This document shows, one piece after another, positions 59,042 to 64,000 of a stretch of DNA of 64,000 nt (positions are counted from its first letter, which is position 1; each line of letters starts with the position of its first letter). Made by a program: the position numbers and the translations under genes. This DNA comes from Leptospira sp. (GTDB taxonomy: Bacteria; Spirochaetota; Leptospiria; Leptospirales; Leptospiraceae). The notes under the pieces were generated by a model. The model did not search any database. It was not told the DNA's origin and saw only the letters and a list, made by a program, of their open reading frames with translations. The stretch spans positions 160,001 to 224,000 of the forward strand of contig JAWXAQ010000030.1 in the NCBI GenBank assembly GCA_034439575.1, in the 5' to 3' direction.

Positions 59042-60004
59042 CTATATTCTTCGTGTTCGATCAAGCCGAATCGTTTCGATCAAATGAATTTCATGAATTC
59101 CGATATTCATAAAATCTGAAATTTGATCATGAGAGTAGCCTTTTTTTAATAAAAATACTACCTTATCTATTTTACTCGCACTTGAGGGCAATTCCAACAT
59201 AACCGATTGCATGGATAGATCAATTTGGTCTTCAAAATTATTCTGATACATTGCAAATGCGGGGTCACTTGCCGCAGATAAGGATGTTAAAAATTCTTTC
59301 TGAAGTATACCTTCTTTATTTTGATCTCTGATTATGACTGATTTACTCTTCTCTTCCGAAAATGGATTTCCACCAACCGTATAATCCGTCTTAGGTCTGT
59401 ACTGCGGAAGAACTACATTACTCTTTGCTTCGTCTGTTGGTGTTTGGTTCTCTTCCATTCCCATCATACCTTTCACTGCACGTCCGATTTTTGAAAATAC
59501 TTGATTCACAGCTCCGTCGGTTGTTTGGATATCACTCTCAGAAATGATATGTTGATTTGCTTGGTAAGCTTGCGCAATACCCGATCTTTGTTCTTTAAGT
59601 AAAGAGCTCGGAACTTCCAAAACTTCTGTTTTTTGTTCTAATTTGGATTCTATATTTGAAAGTTCGGATTCCATAGATAAACCCATTTCATAATAGGGTG
59701 GAACTTCATCTATTCTTTGTTTTGTGTTAGGTTGTTCAAATTGATCATTCTTTTGATAATGTTTGAATTCTTTAGCCAATAATTCTGCTTTTTCAATCAT
59801 TGTCCTTAATGCAGAAAGTCTGGATTCGATAATAGAGACAGTTCTATCTAGTTCATTCATCGTTTCCGATGTTGCCATCTCTATAGCACGATTTAATTTT
59901 TTATCATAATATTCTGATACAGCTTTTTGGACTTTAGCAGAGATGAATACATAAGTAACACCTAAACAAAGTAAATTGATTAATACGAGAGAAAAAAGCT
60001 CCAT
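59042..60004 (-). CDS. Membrane-anchored coiled-coil protein with C-terminal HTH-like tip
   Basis: N-terminal TM, coiled coil, low-complexity middle, VVFLLKKGYSHDQISDFMNIGIHEIHLI. Confidence 0.75.
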   Translation of the reverse strand: MELFSLVLINLLCLGVTYVFISAKVQKAVSEYYDKKLNRAIEMATSETMNELDRTVSIIESRLSALRTMIEKAELLAKEFKHYQKNDQFEQPNTKQRIDEVPPYYEMGLSMESELSNIESKLEQKTEVLEVPSSLLKEQRSGIAQAYQANQHIISESDIQTTDGAVNQVFSKIGRAVKGMMGMEENQTPTDEAKSNVVLPQYRPKTDYTVGGNPFSEEKSKSVIIRDQNKEGILQKEFLTSLSAASDPAFAMYQNNFEDQIDLSMQSVMLELPSSASKIDKVVFLLKKGYSHDQISDFMNIGIHEIHLIETIRLDRTRRI

Positions 60005-60058
60005 AAAGAAGTCTCCGCAGGGAACATTTCCAACAACATTCCTGTAGGGCTTTATGAA

Positions 60059-60346
60059 TTAGACTGATGAATCGAAAAAGGAACCCTTCGCCTGATTTAC
60101 GTTAGCGGATTCTAATCCTTTTCTAGTGTAGGAAATTAACTCTTCTTTCTCACCTTTAGCTTTCAAAACATTTGAGCTGGTGGAAGTTTTTGTTTCTGGA
60201 ACCACCTGCGATTTATATTGGCTCGTAATTGCCGCTTTTTGCAATTCTACGACTTGGTTTTGGTGCGTGAAAGGAGTCTCACTTTGGGCACGCCTGGCGA
60301 TCTCAAAATGATGTGTGTTACTGGCAAAAGTTTCGTTTAAAATCAT
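60059..60346 (-). CDS. Small hypothetical protein in the fliA operon
   Basis: Fills the gap after fapA on the operon strand; ends KGSFFDSSV. Confidence 0.7.
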   Translation of the reverse strand: MILNETFASNTHHFEIARRAQSETPFTHQNQVVELQKAAITSQYKSQVVPETKTSTSSNVLKAKGEKEELISYTRKGLESANVNQAKGSFFDSSV

Positions 60347-60354
60347 GGCAGTAC

Positions 60355-62349
60355 CTACTCTTTCTTAGGTCTACCACGACCTCGTTTTTTTCTCCAGTCA
60401 TTTTTATCTTCGTCCGGATCTTCGTAATTTGTACTGCGGACCTGGTTGTCTTCTTCGAAAAAAGTTTTTGCCTTAGTTTCGTGTCTAAGTTTAAAATCAG
60501 CATTGCGGATGCGGATGGAAACGCCCGGAAAGATGGTTTTTTCGACAGAAACGCGCCCACTAGCCGCTTGTTCGTCCATATAGGCAGTGAGTGTCTGAAT
60601 TTCCTTTTCATACTCAGCGATTCGTTTTTCCAATTTTTTTGTCGCCGCTTCATATTTGAGGAGAGAGTCATTATTTTCGGAAGAGAAAGTGGCAGGATCT
60701 GAATCTTTTCTAGCTTTCAGAGTCCTCATGGTTTTTGTCAGAGTTTCCAATTTGCCTTGGTTCTCACCCTTCTTCGCTTCATACTCGCCAATTTGTTTTA
60801 GAATCTTGGGATTTACACCCACGATCAGATCTGTTTGTGGATTTGCCTGAGAGCCAATGATCTTTGCGGATATCAATTGAGCTGCTTGGATGGTTCCACC
60901 TACGATTTGTCCGCGTTTGCCCTTGCAACTGATCTTGCCACCTGCCATGAGATGGGAATGTAGAATTCCTTCTTGGACTACGATATCCTTCTCGGTAATC
61001 ACTGTGGCATTCTGGATGAACTTGGCAATGATATTGCCCCCAGTGGACTCAACGCGCGCTTCCTCACGTCCAGTGATCCCTTGGCGGACGATGATGTCCC
61101 CATCTGCTTCGACGATGGCTTTTTGGACCGTTCCATATATTTCAATGTTACCTGCGGCTTTCACCGAATAATTATCTTCTACGTTTCCTGTAATGACAAT
61201 GGACCCAAGGAAAGTTACATTTCCAGTGCGTACACCTACATCTCCATTGATACGGTAAACGGTCTCGACCGAGAGTCGTCCCGCGACATACAATACTTGT
61301 CCATTTACTTCTGCCGTGAGACGTGATTTGTCTTCTGAAAGGATAGTACCTTTTCCTTGTTTCAGTTCAATGTCATTGCCATCTTTGGCAGGCAAAACCA
61401 TTCCAAATAAGTTGCGACCTAACTTGGCTTTTTCGGCAGGAATTTTTTCTGCTAATGTTTGACCGACAACAACGTTTTCAATCATATCCAAATCTTTGTA
61501 ATCGACGCGACCTGATTGGTCTTCTTTGAAATTTATTTTCTTTTCCGTTCGAACAAAGTATTTGATTTCCGCATTCTTTCCGTTAACTGGATAATCACCT
61601 TCGGCGGCAACAAATGGAGAATTTGTTTTGTCTTCATCTAAAGCTTTTTTGATATCATCTTCTTTTAAACCGTAAGAAATACCCATATTTTTTAATGCGA
61701 CGGTGATATCGTTTACTTCTAAATCACGTCCGCCTGGTCTCGCTGGAAATACTGTGACCATGGCTTGCATTTTATCAGAATCAATTTCGACATGGCAACT
61801 TGAGTCATTGCCTTGTTTTGGTTTTTGATTTGAAATGAGAACTGGTTCGCCTTTTTGTTCTTTGACGATCTTATTTATAAGGGCCGGATCAGCTCCAGCC
61901 ACTCCTCTAAAGGCAAGGCGTTTTGAAACATCTGGTAATGTGATGGCCAATCCTTCGCCTTGCGGAGGATAAACAGTAACAAATACTCCGCTTCTATAAA
62001 TTTTTACAGATACCCTTCCGTCTTTGTTTTTCGGAGTGACTAAATCTTTTAAATCTTTGGATACTAATTTCCCACTACCGCCCGTTAGTTTTTCATCTAG
62101 GGCAGACAACTCTTCTAAGATTAAGTCTTCAGGGATTAGTGAAACGCGAATGTGGTAAGGTTCTGAGAAAAAAAGTCTCTTTTTCCCGCGCTTTAAAACA
62201 ACGTAATCTAATTCGTGAATTTTTTTTCCAAAGTGGTTTGCCGCAAGGGACAAACACTCTTCGATCGAATCAGCTATTACTTCTACTTCTTCGTTTTCTT
62301 TTTTTTCGAACTCACTGAGTTCTTCTTTGAGATATCCCGTTAAGGACAC
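60355..62349 (-). CDS. fapA: FapA/DUF342 family protein with N-terminal Jag_N-like domain
   Basis: [24 protein letters not shown] beta-helix, IVGG; follows fliA; GTG start. Confidence 0.9.
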   Translation of the reverse strand: MSLTGYLKEELSEFEKKENEEVEVIADSIEECLSLAANHFGKKIHELDYVVLKRGKKRLFFSEPYHIRVSLIPEDLILEELSALDEKLTGGSGKLVSKDLKDLVTPKNKDGRVSVKIYRSGVFVTVYPPQGEGLAITLPDVSKRLAFRGVAGADPALINKIVKEQKGEPVLISNQKPKQGNDSSCHVEIDSDKMQAMVTVFPARPGGRDLEVNDITVALKNMGISYGLKEDDIKKALDEDKTNSPFVAAEGDYPVNGKNAEIKYFVRTEKKINFKEDQSGRVDYKDLDMIENVVVGQTLAEKIPAEKAKLGRNLFGMVLPAKDGNDIELKQGKGTILSEDKSRLTAEVNGQVLYVAGRLSVETVYRINGDVGVRTGNVTFLGSIVITGNVEDNYSVKAAGNIEIYGTVQKAIVEADGDIIVRQGITGREEARVESTGGNIIAKFIQNATVITEKDIVVQEGILHSHLMAGGKISCKGKRGQIVGGTIQAAQLISAKIIGSQANPQTDLIVGVNPKILKQIGEYEAKKGENQGKLETLTKTMRTLKARKDSDPATFSSENNDSLLKYEAATKKLEKRIAEYEKEIQTLTAYMDEQAASGRVSVEKTIFPGVSIRIRNADFKLRHETKAKTFFEEDNQVRSTNYEDPDEDKNDWRKKRGRGRPKKE

Positions 62350-62355
62350 GGTAAA

Positions 62356-63156
62356 TTACCTTTTTTGAATGGCGGATTTAACTTTTGATAGTTTGCTTCG
62401 CAAACGAGCTACCGCTTTAGTATGGAGTTGTGAAATGCGGGACTCAGTTACTTCCAACACTTCGCCTATCTCTTTTAAGGTGAGATCCTCGTAATAATAA
62501 AGAACAATAACTTTTTTTTCTTTTTCGGGAAGCCCTTTGATCGCGTCAACAATCACGTTTTTGATTTCTTCTTTTTCTATGATGTTGTCAGGGTTCATAT
62601 TCATCGGAGATTCTAAAGTTTCCATAAAAGAAACTTCATCGTTTTCATCCCCGAGAAACCAAATGTCATTTAAAGAAACAAGTGATGTGCCAGATAACTT
62701 CGCAAGAAGGGAATTGTATTCTTCCATGGAAACGCCGAGTTCTTTGGCGATCTCTTCGTCTTCGACTTTTTTGCCTTCTTTATTTTCCAACATCGCAATG
62801 ATGCCTTCCAACTGTTTTGCTTTTTGACGAATGGATCTCGGAATCCAGTCGACTGATCTAAGTTCGTCGAACACTGATCCTCGGATCCGAGTCATGGCAT
62901 ATGTTTTAAATTTTATTTCGCGAGAAGGGTCAAATTTTTCGATAGCGTCTAACAATCCAAAGACACCATAACTGACCAAATCCTCAAACTCTACGTTTTG
63001 GGGCATACCGATGGCAATTCTTCCAGCAACGTGTTTTACAAGCGGAGAATACTTCTCCACGAGGTAACTACGTATTTCGGGGTTCTTGTTGACTCGATAC
63101 TGTTTCCAGAGATCGGTCTCATCGAATTGATTGTATTTGTCTAGCAATCTTGACAT
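62356..63156 (-). CDS. fliA: RNA polymerase sigma-28 factor (FliA/WhiG)
   Basis: [51 protein letters not shown]. Confidence 0.98.
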   Translation of the reverse strand: MSRLLDKYNQFDETDLWKQYRVNKNPEIRSYLVEKYSPLVKHVAGRIAIGMPQNVEFEDLVSYGVFGLLDAIEKFDPSREIKFKTYAMTRIRGSVFDELRSVDWIPRSIRQKAKQLEGIIAMLENKEGKKVEDEEIAKELGVSMEEYNSLLAKLSGTSLVSLNDIWFLGDENDEVSFMETLESPMNMNPDNIIEKEEIKNVIVDAIKGLPEKEKKVIVLYYYEDLTLKEIGEVLEVTESRISQLHTKAVARLRSKLSKVKSAIQKR

Positions 63157-63264
63157 AATTGACCGGTTGCCCGGAAACTCTTCACTTTATAGTAGAAATC
63201 GTATGAAAAGCAAAATTACAAGAGGATTTTTTTTCTTATGTCATGTAAATGCGATAAAAATTAA

Positions 63265-63741
63265 TTACTCTTGGGGATCGTCCTTAGCAAGCATGGTTCT
63301 GATCGCTTCCGCCATCAATTTTGGCTCATTTTTGATGGCAATTTTGTCCACAATGATATGATCTCCAAATTTCCCAGACCTTGCCCGGGCCATACTGGCT
63401 TCCATGGCTTGCTCGTGAGGAGAAAGACTGGAGGCCATTTCTTCTTGACTGGCCATTCCGACATCGCCCGCAGCACCTGAATCCATAGATGTGTCATCAA
63501 AGTCGCCTTCTCTATCTCGAGTTCCAAATCCACCGAGGGAAAAACCAGTGATGAATTCTAGAAATTCAGGAACCTTGGTTTCAAGGACAGTGTAGATTCC
63601 AAATCCCAATCCACCAAAAGCAATCGTAGAAATTCCAGAAACAAACAATATATAGGTAAAACGATTTCCTACAAGAAAACCACTTAAGGTGCTAACAAGG
63701 GCACCAATCACTGCAAAGGCGAGTACGAATCCGATTTGCAA
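63265..63741 (-). CDS. Hypothetical membrane protein between flhG and fliA
   Basis: Two TM, acidic linker, C-terminal EPKLMAEAIRTML; TTG start. Confidence 0.75.
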   Translation of the reverse strand: MQIGFVLAFAVIGALVSTLSGFLVGNRFTYILFVSGISTIAFGGLGFGIYTVLETKVPEFLEFITGFSLGGFGTRDREGDFDDTSMDSGAAGDVGMASQEEMASSLSPHEQAMEASMARARSGKFGDHIIVDKIAIKNEPKLMAEAIRTMLAKDDPQE

Positions 63742-63746
63742 GGGTT

Positions 63747-64000
63747 TTAAACCTCATCGTCCATTTCTTTTTCCATTTCCTTTTCTTTGAAATCTACAAA
63801 GCTAAAGAATTTTTTGAAAAAACCAGTGAGACCTTCTTCATCATCAAAACTTCCTTCCGTCTGCAATAGATTATGAGTAACGCGCGTTAAGCAAGCGGCA
63901 GCTTTTGATCTTGGTGAATTTAAAAAGAAAGGTTTTTGTTCGCGGATGGACTTTTCTACTTCCTCATCCTGAAAGATAAATCCCAAGTTTTCCACTTGGA
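63747..64000 (-). CDS. flhG: MinD/FlhG-family ATPase, C-terminal part
   Basis: [20 protein letters not shown]...PRSKAA and amphipathic GFFKKFF tail; upstream of fliA; truncated by the window edge. Confidence 0.85.
   Translation of the reverse strand, partial: QVENLGFIFQDEEVEKSIREQKPFFLNSPRSKAAACLTRVTHNLLQTEGSFDDEEGLTGFFKKFFSFVDFKEKEMEKEMDDEV

Overview
AT-rich spirochaete chromosome segment, almost certainly Leptospira. Evidence: FlbB collar protein, tatA-tatC-rktP arrangement, Len/DUF1554-type lipoprotein, spirochaetal lipoboxes and an Asp-type MurA. The left ~16 kb is an accessory envelope locus: a signal-peptide-bearing caspase-family (C14) protease translationally coupled to three tandem Ig-like+kelch lipoproteins, a FecR/DUF4384 pair, and an operon of TolC, Ig-like lipoprotein, lipoprotein, TPR protein, Yip1-like membrane protein, long adaptor and RND permease (cut by the window edge). 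This is the best candidate for an undescribed system. The rest is mostly core genome: prlC, SCO/PCuAC, Tat, CzcA-type pump, tRNA-Gly-tig-clpP-clpX, murA, and flagellar genes (fliI, fliJ, flbB, fapA, fliA, flhG) with gmk/remA. Non-coding observations include a 55-bp palindromic element present once upstream of and once inside a ferredoxin gene, an operator-like dyad before czcA, 11-bp direct repeats before an ArnT-like gene, a start-codon-occluding hairpin, a stem clamping the tRNA, and a probable homopolymer frameshift. No CRISPR array, rRNA, transposase or integrase was seen. All family calls are from motif recognition by eye; no searches were run.
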